A stretch of 64,000 nucleotides of DNA, taken from Armatimonadota bacterium. Lineage in GTDB: Bacteria > Armatimonadota > SYMT01. The notes beneath the pieces are model-generated. The model saw only the letters and a list, made by a program, of their open reading frames with translations. It did not search any database and was not told the origin of the DNA. Location of the stretch: NCBI GenBank assembly GCA_046292385.1, contig JBKBRF010000005.1:149340-213339 (forward strand), read 5' to 3'. The position numbers and the translations under genes were made by a program. This document shows, one piece after another, positions 18,013-28,147 of this stretch; the first letter of the stretch is position 1; each line of letters opens with the position of its first letter.

Positions 18013-18480
18013 TCAGATCGGGGGCGCCGTTCTCGTCCGGAGCCGCTTCACCATCCGGCGGTGCGGGATTCCGGCCTCGAGGAATTCTTCACCCTCGGGC
18101 ACGTAGCCCAAACGCTCGTAAAACGGAACGGCACATACCTGGGCGTCGAGCGCCAGCTCGGTCACTCCCAGGGAGCCGGCATACTGCTCCAGCGCCCGCA
18201 TCAAGAGGGCGCCCCAACCGCGCCCGCGGAACTCCGGCAGCAGGGCGATCCGGCCCAGCTTCGCCAGCCCGCGCCGCGGCTGGTAGACCCGCGCGGTGCC
18301 GGCCGGCCGCTCGCCCGCCAGCACCAGCCAGTGGCGGGCGCACGAATCCCACGCGTCCGGCTCGTCTTCCGGCGGCCCGCCCTGCTCCTGCACGAAGACC
18401 GCGCGCCGGATCTCGAGCGCCAGCTCGAATTCTCGCCAGCCGCGGACGGGGCGGATTTGCGGATCACCAGTTGCTGCCAC
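18013..18480 (-). CDS. GNAT acetyltransferase (ElaA/YjcF-like)
   Basis: IRRAVFVQEQ, LGRIALLPEFRGRGWG, LDAQ...PFYERLGY, FLEAGIPHRRM. GTG start is inferred. Confidence 0.85.
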   Translation of the reverse strand: MAATGDPQIRPVRGWREFELALEIRRAVFVQEQGGPPEDEPDAWDSCARHWLVLAGERPAGTARVYQPRRGLAKLGRIALLPEFRGRGWGALLMRALEQYAGSLGVTELALDAQVCAVPFYERLGYVPEGEEFLEAGIPHRRMVKRLRTRTAPPI

Positions 18481-18624
18481 TGCGGCCCCGTTCCCGCGGG
18501 CGGGAGCCCATTCCTTCCCAGAATAGCGCGAAGTACCAAACGGGCGACGGTCCGGGAGGTATAATGCCACTATTGCCGCGCCGGTGCAGTGGACGGCGCG
18601 GATGGGATAGAAACGAGGAGGGCT

Positions 18625-19344
18625 ATGGTGCGAACCGAAGGGGCTGCCAGCGCCGGCCTGGAGCTGAGCGCCAACATCGAGGAATACCTCGAGTGGATCT
18701 ACCGGCTCTCCAAGGAGCAGGATGAGGTCACCACCTCCGACGTCGCTCGGAGCCTGGGTGTCTCGCCGGCGTCGGTTACCGGCATGGTGAAGCGGCTCTC
18801 CGAGCGCGGGCTGATCTTGCACGAGAAGTACCACGGTATCTCGCTCACCGACCAGGGCCGGGAGATCGCCCTGGCGATTATCCGCCGCCACGGTCTGCTC
18901 GAGCGGCTGCTGGTCGACGTCCTGGGTCTCCCGTGGCACCTGGCGGACGAAGAGGCCGGGCGCCTGGAGCACCACATCACCCCGGAAGTAGAGGAACGGC
19001 TGATGCAGTTCCTGGGCCACCCGGAGACCTGCCCGCACGGGCAGCCGATCAACTGGGTGCAGCCGGAGACCAACATCCGGCTCGGCGCGGTGGAGCCGGG
19101 CACGGAAGTGGAAGTCGCCCGCATCGCGGACGAAAGTCCGGACTTCCTGGAATATGTCGCCGGGATGGGTATGAAGCCGGGCTGCCGCGTGGCCGTGCGG
19201 GCCCGCGCCCCGTTCAACGGCCCGCTGATGGTGGTGGTGGACGACCAGGAGTACGCCCTGGGCGACGAAGTCTGCTCCAAGATCTGGGTCGTTCCGCCGC
19301 ATCGGCACACAGCGGACGATGCGACCGCCCCGCCGGTCGTCTGA
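18625..19344 (+). CDS. DtxR/MntR family metal-dependent repressor with C-terminal FeoA domain
   Basis: EEYL..IY, VSPASVTGMVKRL, RRH.LLE, LEHHI, CPHG.PI. GAGGAGG RBS. Confidence 0.92.
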   Translation: MVRTEGAASAGLELSANIEEYLEWIYRLSKEQDEVTTSDVARSLGVSPASVTGMVKRLSERGLILHEKYHGISLTDQGREIALAIIRRHGLLERLLVDVLGLPWHLADEEAGRLEHHITPEVEERLMQFLGHPETCPHGQPINWVQPETNIRLGAVEPGTEVEVARIADESPDFLEYVAGMGMKPGCRVAVRARAPFNGPLMVVVDDQEYALGDEVCSKIWVVPPHRHTADDATAPPVV

Positions 19345-19387
19345 TCCCGGCTAATACTCCGTCAGTCCGCGATGGATGGGTGGATCT

Positions 19388-19602
19388 GGCAAGGGAGAGT
19401 GGGCGCAGCGGGGAGTGGGAGAGACTGCAGGCGGGAGCTGTGCGCTCTTGCCGGAGACCACAGCTTTCCCGCAGCGCCTCCGAGTAAGAGTAGGAGAACG
19501 AGTAGGAGAACGAGTAGGAGCAGGAGTGTCCGTGCCGGGAGGTTCGGATTCATCCCTCATCGTTCATCCTTCATCCCTCGACCTCCCCCACTCTCCCTTG
19601 CC
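19388..19602. repeat. dispersed MITE-like element, copy A
   Basis: 16-bp perfect TIR GGCAAGGGAGAGTGGG / CCCACTCTCCCTTGCC. Internal GAGTAGGAGAAC tandem units and TCATCC(C/T) heptamers. Confidence 0.75.
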
Positions 19603-19637
19603 CCCACGCCTCGCATCAGAAGCAGGCTGACCCGCCT

Positions 19638-21137
19638 CTACCTGAGCTCTCCCGCCGCCAGACACTGCGCCAGGTTGACGAAAGTCCCGACCCCGATGCC
19701 GGTGGGACCGGCCGGCGCCCACGGCCGGGCCTTCTCGTAGTGGCTCGTCCCGGCGATGTCGACGTGCGCCCACGGCAGGTCGCCGGCGAACTCCTTCAGG
19801 AACATCGCGGCGGTAATCGCGCCTCCCGGACGGCCGCCGCTGTTCTTGAGGTCGGCGATCTCGCTGCGGATCTGCTCCCGGTACTCCGGGAAGAGCGGCA
19901 GCGGCCAGTGGCGCTCGCCGGCCTCCTCGCCGCACTCCCGGACCGCCTCGCACAGCGCGGGATCGGTGGAGAAAAGCCCGCTGGCATGGTGCCCCAGTCC
20001 CACCACGCAGGCGCCGGTCAGCGTGGCGATGTCGACCAGGTGCGTGGCGCCCAGCTCCCGGGCGTAGGAGAGCGCGTCCGCCAGCAGCATCCGGCCCTCC
20101 GCGTCGGTGGTGATCGTCTCCACCGTCAGCCCGTCGCGGGTCTTCACCACGTCGCCCGGCTTCCAGGCGCGGCCGTCCGGCATGTTCACCGCCGCGGGGA
20201 CCAGCGCCAGCACGTCGAGGTCCACCCTCAGCTCGGCGATCGCCTGCATCGCACCGATCACCGCGGCGCCGCCCGCCATGTCACCCTTCATCCGGCCCAT
20301 CTCCGCCACTGGCTTGAGAGAGATGCCGCCAGTATCGAAGGTGACCGCCTTGCCGATCAGCGCGAGCAGCGGCGTTCCCTCTCGTCGCTTGCCCGCGGGG
20401 AAATGGCGGAGCAGGATGAAGCACGCGGGCGTCTCCGAGCCGCGGGTCACCGTGAGGATCGCCTCCATGCCGAGCCGCTGCATCGCGGCCTCATCCAGGC
20501 ATTCGAACTGCAGCCCGGTCGCTGCCGCCATCGCCTCCGCGCGGCGAGCCAGCTCCGGCGGGTCGACCACGTTCCCGGGCTCCACCGTCAGCTCTCGCGC
20601 GAAGTTCTTCGCCCGCCCGCGCGCCGCGCCGTCCCGGAGCGCCGAGTCGCTCGTTCCCGCCGCGTAGAGCGTGCGGAGCTGCACTTCCTTGCGCTCTCCC
20701 GTGCGGTAGAGATCGGCGATAAAGCGGGAAAGCTCCGCTCCCTCCGCCGCCGCGGCGCCCGCCGCGTCCGGCCCGAGCGGAAGATCGGCCGCGTCGATCG
20801 CCGCCTCGGCGAGGCCCCGTTTCCCCAGCGCGCGGCAGGCGGCCGCGACCGCCCGGACTACCACCGGCCGGCTGCAGCTCTCCCGGCTTCCGAGCCCCAC
20901 CAGTGCCAGCCGCGGCGCCGGAAGCCGCCCGAGCGTGGGGATCACCAGCACCTGGCCCGGCTCCGGCCGCAGCTCACGCTGCTCCCGCATCTCGGTGAGC
21001 AATCCCCCCAGGGCCGCGTCGGCGCGCTCCTCGTTGGCGCCGGCCGGGCCGCCCTGAAAGATCGGCAGGATCAGCGCAGCCCGTTCGAAGTCGAAGATGC
21101 TGCCTTCAAGGGTCTGGATTTCGAACGGCGTGGGCAC
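19638..21137 (-). CDS. pepA: leucyl aminopeptidase (M17)
   Basis: GKAVTFDTGGISLKP, MKGDMAGG, TDAEGRMLLADAL, DIATLTGA, WAHVDIAG. Start uncertain. Confidence 0.92.
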   Translation of the reverse strand: MPTPFEIQTLEGSIFDFERAALILPIFQGGPAGANEERADAALGGLLTEMREQRELRPEPGQVLVIPTLGRLPAPRLALVGLGSRESCSRPVVVRAVAAACRALGKRGLAEAAIDAADLPLGPDAAGAAAAEGAELSRFIADLYRTGERKEVQLRTLYAAGTSDSALRDGAARGRAKNFARELTVEPGNVVDPPELARRAEAMAAATGLQFECLDEAAMQRLGMEAILTVTRGSETPACFILLRHFPAGKRREGTPLLALIGKAVTFDTGGISLKPVAEMGRMKGDMAGGAAVIGAMQAIAELRVDLDVLALVPAAVNMPDGRAWKPGDVVKTRDGLTVETITTDAEGRMLLADALSYARELGATHLVDIATLTGACVVGLGHHASGLFSTDPALCEAVRECGEEAGERHWPLPLFPEYREQIRSEIADLKNSGGRPGGAITAAMFLKEFAGDLPWAHVDIAGTSHYEKARPWAPAGPTGIGVGTFVNLAQCLAAGELR

Positions 21138-21535
21138 TGTTTCGCTCCCAAGTGCGGAGCCGGGCTTGCAATTCGCGTCCGGTCCCGGCAAAGATATCGC
21201 ACCAACGCGTCCTCATTCTGGCATTTGATCGTAGGTGAGTGCGCGGCGCTCCTGCGAGGCATCTGAGAGACATTAGACGTTCTTGTAACGGATGTCCTGA
21301 TAGCCTCGCGAGAGATTCTCGTGCCATTCTGAAAGCGGTTTGTCTCCGCCGCCGCGCCTCGATGGCAAACGGCCATTCAGGCAGTCGGGAAAACTCGACG
21401 CATCCTCTGGTGCTCTTCGCCGTTCTCAAGCAGGATCGCGAGTCCGTACACGTACGGAAAACACGCACAGTTCGCTGGCATTCGACAGCCTAAGAATGAT
21501 ATGAATGGCATGGTTCGGCCAATCAGGAAACCGTC

Positions 21536-22657
21536 TTGAGCCCATCTGACCGATCTCCCGATAACTCAGATTCCCGCGTGGCGGAGGCACGAGCTACCGT
21601 AGACGCCGTGGAGCGGGACCTCACGGCAGGTCGCATTCCGCGGGCCCGGCAGCGCCTCACCGAGGCCGCCCGAGTGCTCAAGAAAGCCGCCTGCTTGTCC
21701 GATGCGTCCCGCGCTTACCGGGTGCTTGCCGAGCTGGAGCGCCGACGCGGCGAGATGCCGTCAGCGGTGGCTGCAGCACGCCTTGCCCTGCGGGTAGTGC
21801 GTCACGAGCCCGAGTCCGGCTCGGCAGAGGCGGCGCTCGCGCTGCTGGCGCAGCTCCACTGCGACGCCAGCGACGCCGGCGCGGCGCTGAAGCATGCCTC
21901 GCAGTGCCTCCAGCAAGCGGAGGCACGCGGAGAGCGCGCCGGAATCGCCGCGGCGCTGCAGCTGCAGGCTGCCGCCTATCTGGCCGCGCGGAGCTACGGC
22001 CTCGCCGTGCAGCACGCGGCGGCCGCGGTAGCCGCGGAAGACGGGACGCAGGCGGAGCTCTGCTCCCGCGGCCGCCGCCTGCTGGCCCTCGCGCTGCTCC
22101 AGGCGGGCTGCCCCGTGGCGGCGGTGCGGGAGCTGTCCCCTCTCCTCCCGCGCCGCGAGGCGACGGCGGCAGACATTCCGGCGCTCACGGCCCGAGGCTT
22201 TGCCCATCTCACCGTCGGAAACGTAGCGGCCGGAGCCCGGGATCTGCGGAAGGCGGCGCGGCTTACCCGCCAGTGCGAGGACCGCCGGCGCGAGGCGCAG
22301 ACGCTGGCGGCTCACGCACTGGCGGAAATGATGCTTGCGCGCGACACCGACCGCCCCAAGCGTGCGGCGGCAGCGGAGCGCCTGGCGGCGCGCGCCACCC
22401 GCCTCGCCCAGCGCGTGCGAGACCCCCGGACGCTCAGCGCGGTGGAGTGGATGGTCGCCGCGATGCACCGGAATCCGTCGCCGTTCGAAGGCCTGCCGGT
22501 ACGGGAGACCGCGCGGGGGTTGGTGAAACAGGCCCATGAGGCGGAGTGCCTGACGCTGACCGGGGCTTGCCTGGCCGAAGTGGAGCGCCTGCAGCAGTTT
22601 CGCGAGGAACAGCTGATCCGGCGGTGTGCGTTCGTGCCGCCGCTCTGCCTGGAGTAG
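21536..22657 (+). CDS. TPR-like alpha-helical hypothetical protein
   Basis: 373-aa Ala/Leu/Arg-rich ORF with TPR-like periodicity. It fills the gap between neighbours. Confidence 0.6.
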   Translation: MSPSDRSPDNSDSRVAEARATVDAVERDLTAGRIPRARQRLTEAARVLKKAACLSDASRAYRVLAELERRRGEMPSAVAAARLALRVVRHEPESGSAEAALALLAQLHCDASDAGAALKHASQCLQQAEARGERAGIAAALQLQAAAYLAARSYGLAVQHAAAAVAAEDGTQAELCSRGRRLLALALLQAGCPVAAVRELSPLLPRREATAADIPALTARGFAHLTVGNVAAGARDLRKAARLTRQCEDRRREAQTLAAHALAEMMLARDTDRPKRAAAAERLAARATRLAQRVRDPRTLSAVEWMVAAMHRNPSPFEGLPVRETARGLVKQAHEAECLTLTGACLAEVERLQQFREEQLIRRCAFVPPLCLE

Positions 22658-22738
22658 GCGCGGACCGCCAGGGAAGGCCCTCTTTCCCAGGAAGGGGCCG
22701 GCGGACTAAGGGGTAGGCGGGAAGTACTACCGGATTCC

Positions 22739-22790
22739 CGCCTCGGACTAAAGTCGAGGCTACAGAGAGCGAAGCCCGCCTGCGCGGGCT
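22739..22790 (-). repeat. GTAG-type REP plus companion hairpin
   Basis: 22739-22763 is the exact reverse complement of GTAGCCTCGACTTTAGTCCGAGGCG at 29313-29337. It is followed by GCGAAGCCCGCCTGCGCGGGCT. Confidence 0.75.
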
Positions 22791-22874
22791 GAGATGTGCC
22801 GCTTTGAACAGCTGGCGTTACTCACTTACTGCCCCTTCATACTCCGTAAGTCCGGGATGGAGGGCCGGATTGCT

Positions 22875-23028
22875 CAAGGGAGAGTGGGAGACGTCTGTTG
22901 TAGATTAGCAAGTTGGCACGTTGCAGGGTGCGCTCCGGTGGGTGGGGTTCGGAACCTGAAACTTGCTAACCTGGAACCTGCTAACAGCAGCGAGAGAGCG
23001 GCTCCCCCACTCTCCCTTGCTCCCACTC
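22875..23028. repeat. dispersed MITE-like element, copy B
   Basis: CAAGGGAGAGTGGG...CCCACTCTCCCTTGCTCCCACTC ends, with a different interior containing AACCTG-type short repeats. Confidence 0.7.
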
Positions 23029-23057
23029 CTACAGAGCAGAAGTACCTGGAGACATCC

Positions 23058-23585
23058 TTAGCTCTCCTGCAGATCTTCGAGCGCTGCCTGCGCGAAGCCG
23101 CAGTCCGGCACCCGGAAGCGGCCGCTCATCTCGCCGCCGCCCTTCAGGAGGCGCAGGTGCTCGGCGCAGTGGGAGGCGCTGGCGGAGACCAGGGGAAGGT
23201 AGGCGAGGAGTCCGTCCAGCACGCGGGCGCGGCGGCGGAGAAACCGGTACTGCAGGATGAGCCGCTCGCCGTCCACCAGGAGCTCCGCGGGGCTCAGCTC
23301 TCGCTCCCGCAGGTCGCGAAGGTCCCGCTCGCAGTCGAAGAGCGCGTTCTGGATGGCGCCCTGGACCTCGACCAGCGTGCGGACGGCTGATTCCGCCTGA
23401 CGGAGGTGTACCTCGGTGATGCGCTGGCGGCGGCCAAGCTGACCTTCCTCCGCCTGGGCGGTCCGCTCGTTCACCTCGGCGACTGCCTGCATCAGCTCCT
23501 TCGCAGCGGACTGTATTAGCCGGCACTGCGTCTCCAGCCAAACGTCGGGCGTAATGGAGGGATGCGGGCGAGCGTCGGATGTCAT
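23058..23585 (-). CDS. coiled-coil hypothetical protein
   Basis: 175-aa helical ORF, AGGAAAAGA upstream of the ATG. Confidence 0.55.
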   Translation of the reverse strand: MTSDARPHPSITPDVWLETQCRLIQSAAKELMQAVAEVNERTAQAEEGQLGRRQRITEVHLRQAESAVRTLVEVQGAIQNALFDCERDLRDLRERELSPAELLVDGERLILQYRFLRRRARVLDGLLAYLPLVSASASHCAEHLRLLKGGGEMSGRFRVPDCGFAQAALEDLQES

Positions 23586-23736
23586 GCGGTATCTTTTCCT
23601 GGTCGGCGCCCGGACTCACCACGCCGCGGGTGCCGTTGGCCGCTATTCTAACACAGACCACCTGAACGCTAGAACCCCCCCAGACTCCCGGAGCCCCGCG
23701 CCCGGACCCCTGGGGCTCCCCACCCCAGCGCCTGTC

Positions 23737-25332
23737 ATGGACCGCCGCCGCGCGATCGTCGTCGCTCTGGTACTGCTCTCGGCCCTGTTCCTGGCGAGTG
23801 TGCCGTTTCTGTATGGGTACGCGGTCGAGCCGGAGGGGACGCGCTTCTGGGCGGTGCCGGTGGTGAACTCGTTCGACGCGAACCAGTACCTCGCCTTCAC
23901 CCGCATCGTCGCGGACGGCAGCCTGCTGGTCGGCGATCCGTTCACCTCGGAGCCGCACCAGCCGCGTCTGCTGCTTCCCCAGGTCTGGTTCCAGGCGCTC
24001 GTCATGCGGCTCACCGGCAGCACCCCGCAGGAGGCGTTCCAGGTGAGCCGCGTCCTCTCCGGCGCCGCCCTGCTCCTGGCGGGGTGCTGGCTCGGCTTCC
24101 TGCTGCTGCCCCGGTGGCGGCTGCGCTGGCTCTTCCTGGCGCTGCTCTGCTTCTCCACCGGCGCCTCCTGGTACCTGGAGCTGCTGGGGTACCGCATCCC
24201 GAACGGCGACCTGGTCCAGCCGGAGGGCAACACCTTCTTCTCGCTCGCCAACCTGCCGCACGTGGCGCTCGCCTCCGCGCTGCTCACGGCGCTCTTCGCG
24301 CTGCTCCTGGAGTACGAGCGGAGCGGCGAGGCGAGGTGGCTCTGGATTACGGTGGGGGTCTCGCTGCTCCTCTCCTGGACCCATCCGTTCGACTACGTCC
24401 CGCTCGGCATGGGCGTCCTCGCCTACGGCGCGCTCCGCTGGTGGTGGAGCCGGGAGATCCCGGTCCGGGTGATCGTGCAGGGCGGCGCCGCGGTCCTGGG
24501 CGCCCTCCCTGCCGCGCTCTACCTTGGCTGGCTCGTCTCGACCGACCCGATCTACAAGCAGCTGGCGAACGACGTGCTCCAGGTGAACCCGTTCCGCTTC
24601 TACCTGATCGCGCACGTGCTGCTGGTGGTCCCCGCCCTGGCGGTGCTGCTGCAGCCGGAAGCCCGCCGCCGCTACGCGCTGCCGCTCTGCTGGGTGGTCT
24701 GCGCGTTCCTCTTCCTCTTCACGCCGTTCCGGCTCGGCGGCAAGCAGCCGCGGGTGGTGGGCGGCATCCACGTTCCGCTGGCGATCCTCGCCGCCGCGGG
24801 GGCGGACCTGACCGCGCGGTGGCTGGCGCAGCGGGTAGCGCCGGGGAAGTCGCGCCGGGTCGTCCTCGCGCTGGACGGGATCTATGCCGTCGGCGCCTGC
24901 GCGGGGGTGATCGGCATGGTGCAGCGTCAGGTCGCGGAGTATGCCCGCCGGGAGCCCGACTTCTTCCAGACGCCCGGCATCCAGCAGGCGTTCTCCACCC
25001 TCGACCGGCTGGGCGACCGCTCCCAGGTGACCCTCGGCGGCGAGTACACCGCCGGGTGGGCGCCGACCTGGGCCGATACTCGCGTCTACCACGGTCACTG
25101 GCACATGACGCTGCGGGAGCCGGAGAAGCGGGCGGAGCGCAACTGGTTCTTCACCGCTCCCGCTCCGCCGGAGCAGCGCGCGAAGTGGCTCCGGCAGCGC
25201 GGCATCGACTGGGTCGTCTGGTGGCCGCCGGAGTGGCAGGGCTGGGCCGTACCGCTCGACCACGTCCCGGGCCTTCAGCCGGTCTACCGCGGGCCGGACG
25301 TCGTCCTCTATCACTTCGAGCCGTCCGCATGA
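23737..25332 (+). CDS. polytopic membrane protein, GT-C glycosyltransferase-like
   Basis: About 11 hydrophobic segments, D.NQYL...DPFT.EPH first loop, and a soluble C-terminal domain (YHGHWH.T...GIDWV). Confidence 0.65.
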   Translation: MDRRRAIVVALVLLSALFLASVPFLYGYAVEPEGTRFWAVPVVNSFDANQYLAFTRIVADGSLLVGDPFTSEPHQPRLLLPQVWFQALVMRLTGSTPQEAFQVSRVLSGAALLLAGCWLGFLLLPRWRLRWLFLALLCFSTGASWYLELLGYRIPNGDLVQPEGNTFFSLANLPHVALASALLTALFALLLEYERSGEARWLWITVGVSLLLSWTHPFDYVPLGMGVLAYGALRWWWSREIPVRVIVQGGAAVLGALPAALYLGWLVSTDPIYKQLANDVLQVNPFRFYLIAHVLLVVPALAVLLQPEARRRYALPLCWVVCAFLFLFTPFRLGGKQPRVVGGIHVPLAILAAAGADLTARWLAQRVAPGKSRRVVLALDGIYAVGACAGVIGMVQRQVAEYARREPDFFQTPGIQQAFSTLDRLGDRSQVTLGGEYTAGWAPTWADTRVYHGHWHMTLREPEKRAERNWFFTAPAPPEQRAKWLRQRGIDWVVWWPPEWQGWAVPLDHVPGLQPVYRGPDVVLYHFEPSA

Positions 25333-26633
25333 GCCTCCTCAACCGAGACCAGATCCTCGCCCTGGCGCCGGATCCCGCCTCTGCCAAGGCGGGACAGGGT
25401 CTCGCGTCACCTCGGAAGTGGAGCGGCCTCGGACGGAGCGACCGGGCGCTCTGGGGCGAGTGCCAGGGCAGCGGCGCCAACCCCTACCAGGCTCGCGTCG
25501 ATCTCTCGGGCCCCGCCTACCGCTGCACCTGCCCCAGCCGCAAGTTCCCCTGCAAGCACGCCCTGGGGCTGCTCCTGCTCTCCGCGGCCAGCCCGGACCT
25601 CTTTCCGGCGGGCGAGCCGCCGTCCTGGGTTGCGGAGTGGCTCGCCGGCAGGGACCGCCGCGCCGCGCCCCCGGAGCCGAAGGCGGCGCCTGCCGATCCG
25701 GAAGCCCAGGTCCGCCGCGCGCAGGAACGCTCTCAGCGGGTGGCCGCCGGCCTGGCGGAGCTGGAGCTGTGGCTGCGCGACGTGGTCCGCGGCGGCATCG
25801 CCTCGCTCCAGGGCCGCCCCTACTCGTTCTGGGACACGCCGGCCTCCCGCATGGTCGACTGCCAGGCGCCGGCGATCGCGCGTCAGCTCCGCGGTATGGC
25901 GGGCCTCGCCGCTTCCGGACCGGACTGGCCGGACCGGCTCCTGCAGCGCCTGGGCCGCCTCTACCTGCTGGCGGAGGGCTTCAAGCATCTCGAGTCGCTG
26001 CCGCCGGAGGTCCAGGCCGACCTCCGGACCGCGGTCGGCTGGAGCCAGCGGTCGGAGGAGCTGACTTCCGAGCCGGGGGTGCGAGACCGCTGGCAGGTAC
26101 TGGGCCAGCGGGTGGAAGACGAGGAGACGCTGCGTACCCAGCGGACCTGGCTCCGCGGCAGCGGGACCGGGCGGAGCGCGCTGCTGCTGCAGTTCGCCTT
26201 CGGCGACCAGCCGTTCGACGCGGCGCCGATCCCCGGGACGGAGATCGACGCGGAGCTCGCGTTCTGGCCCAGCGCCTACCCGCTGCGCGCCGCGGTGCGG
26301 CAGTCCCACGTCGAGCCGAAGCCGCTCGCGATGCCGGACGGCCACGCGGATGCGGAGGGGGCGCTGCGCGCCTACGCGGAGGCTCTGGCGGCGAACCCCT
26401 GGCTGGAGCAGTTCCCGATGCTCTTCGCCGCCGTGGCGCCGGCGCGGATCCGCGGCGAGTGGGCCCTGCTCGATCCGGACGGCCGCACGATTCCGCTTTC
26501 CCCCCGCTTCACCCGGGTCTGGACGCTGGCGGCGGCGAGCGGCGGGAGCCCGGTGCGACTCTTCGGAGAGTGGGACGGCGACTCGCTGCTGCCGCTCTCG
26601 GCGGTCGGCGCCGACGGGTGGACACCGCTATGA
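25329..26633 (+). CDS. SWIM zinc finger protein (YehQ-like)
   Basis: LWGECQGSG..PY and CTCPSRKFPCKHALGL. ATGA overlap with the upstream gene. Confidence 0.88.
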   Translation: MSLLNRDQILALAPDPASAKAGQGLASPRKWSGLGRSDRALWGECQGSGANPYQARVDLSGPAYRCTCPSRKFPCKHALGLLLLSAASPDLFPAGEPPSWVAEWLAGRDRRAAPPEPKAAPADPEAQVRRAQERSQRVAAGLAELELWLRDVVRGGIASLQGRPYSFWDTPASRMVDCQAPAIARQLRGMAGLAASGPDWPDRLLQRLGRLYLLAEGFKHLESLPPEVQADLRTAVGWSQRSEELTSEPGVRDRWQVLGQRVEDEETLRTQRTWLRGSGTGRSALLLQFAFGDQPFDAAPIPGTEIDAELAFWPSAYPLRAAVRQSHVEPKPLAMPDGHADAEGALRAYAEALAANPWLEQFPMLFAAVAPARIRGEWALLDPDGRTIPLSPRFTRVWTLAAASGGSPVRLFGEWDGDSLLPLSAVGADGWTPL

Positions 26634-28147
26634 GCGAGCCGTGGACAGAGCTGCGGGCGGCGGCGCTGGTCGGCACCGCCCGCCGGGCACCCTCCCCGCC
26701 TGAGGGCGGCGCAGTGGGCGAGCTGCTCGCCGGGCTGCCGCGTGACGACCGGGAGCGGCTGCTCCTCGCCGCCGCGGGCACGCTGGCGCTCCGCAGTCGC
26801 GCGGGCCGGGCGCTGCCGACGGAGCCCGACGCGGCCCCGGAGCCGGCGCAGACGGACGACCGTCCCCCCTGCTCCGCCGCCGCGGAGAGCTACCTCGCGG
26901 TGATGCTCGGCGGACGGCACGCCGAGGCGCTGCCGGAGTGGTTGGAGGAGGCGGGACGGCTGGGACGGCGCGTGCGGCACCGCTGGTTGCCCGAGTTGCT
27001 GGAGCTGGGCCGCGCCCGCCCGGAGCTGCAGCCGGTCCTGATCCCGCTGCTCGGGCCGCGGGGCGCGTGGCTGGCGCGGCGGAACCGGGAGTGGGCCTAC
27101 GCCTGCCGGACGGCGGAAGACGACGCCGAGCATTGGGCCACCGGCGAGCGCTCGCAGCGACGCGACGCGCTGCACCGCCTTCGCGCTCGGGATCCGGAGC
27201 CGGCGCGGACGCTGCTTGAAGAGGTCTGGAGCTCCGAGGGCGCGGCGGAGCGGGCGGTGTTCCTGGGAACGCTGCGGGAGCGATTGGGCCCGGCGGACGA
27301 GCCGTTCCTGGAGGCGGCCCTGGAGGACCGCAGCAAGGAAGTCCGGCTGGCTGCCGCCGACCTCCTGGCCCGGCTGCCCGGATCGGCGTTGACCCGGCGG
27401 ATGGAAGCGCGCGCGCTGCCGCTCCTCTCCCTGCGGCCCGGCACCCTCGGTCCGAAACTGGAAGCGTCGCCGCCGGCCGCACTCACCATCGACCTGGAGC
27501 GCGACGGGGTCCGCGCGAAGGCGCCGAGCGGCAGCGCGCTCGGCGCGCGCGCAGGGTGGCTGCGGGACATCGTTGCCGCCACGCCGCTCGAAGCATGGGA
27601 GCGCCACCTCCGGCTGCCGCCCGACGAGTTGATCCGCCTTGCCGCGGGGAGCGACTGGGTGACGGCACTGCTCGACGGATGGGCCGAGGCCGCAGCCCGG
27701 CAGCGCGACCGCCGCTGGGCGGAGACCCTGCTGACGGCGCGGCGCACTCCGGACGGCACCACCGAGGAGCTGCTGCGCGTTCTGGAGGCGCCCGTGCGGG
27801 AGCGGATCGCCGCGCGGTACCTGCGGGACGCGAGCGACGAGCTGGCCGGCCGCGCCGCGCTGGCAGCGCTCGACGAGTGTCCCGGTCCCTGGGGAGCGGA
27901 GCTGACCCGCGAGCTGCTCCGCCTGCTGCGCGAGCGAGTCTCCCGCGGCCGGCGCGGCGGCAGCGACTACGACCTGCGCCGCCGGATGCCGGGATTCGGC
28001 GCGCGGATGCCGGTCGAGCTGCTGGAAGAGGTGGAGGCCGGCTGGCCGGAGAACGCCCAGGATTGGCCGATGTGGTCCGGCCACGTAGACGAGCTGCTGG
28101 CGCTGCTGCGGTTCCGGCGCGACATGCTCCAGGAGATGCATCGATGA
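26630..28147 (+). CDS. DUF5691-like protein
   Basis: AALVGT.R, G.RG.WLA..N.EW, D..FLE.AL.DRSKEVR..AA.LLARL, L.FR..ML.E. Overlapping starts and stops within the operon. Confidence 0.75.
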   Translation: MSEPWTELRAAALVGTARRAPSPPEGGAVGELLAGLPRDDRERLLLAAAGTLALRSRAGRALPTEPDAAPEPAQTDDRPPCSAAAESYLAVMLGGRHAEALPEWLEEAGRLGRRVRHRWLPELLELGRARPELQPVLIPLLGPRGAWLARRNREWAYACRTAEDDAEHWATGERSQRRDALHRLRARDPEPARTLLEEVWSSEGAAERAVFLGTLRERLGPADEPFLEAALEDRSKEVRLAAADLLARLPGSALTRRMEARALPLLSLRPGTLGPKLEASPPAALTIDLERDGVRAKAPSGSALGARAGWLRDIVAATPLEAWERHLRLPPDELIRLAAGSDWVTALLDGWAEAAARQRDRRWAETLLTARRTPDGTTEELLRVLEAPVRERIAARYLRDASDELAGRAALAALDECPGPWGAELTRELLRLLRERVSRGRRGGSDYDLRRRMPGFGARMPVELLEEVEAGWPENAQDWPMWSGHVDELLALLRFRRDMLQEMHR

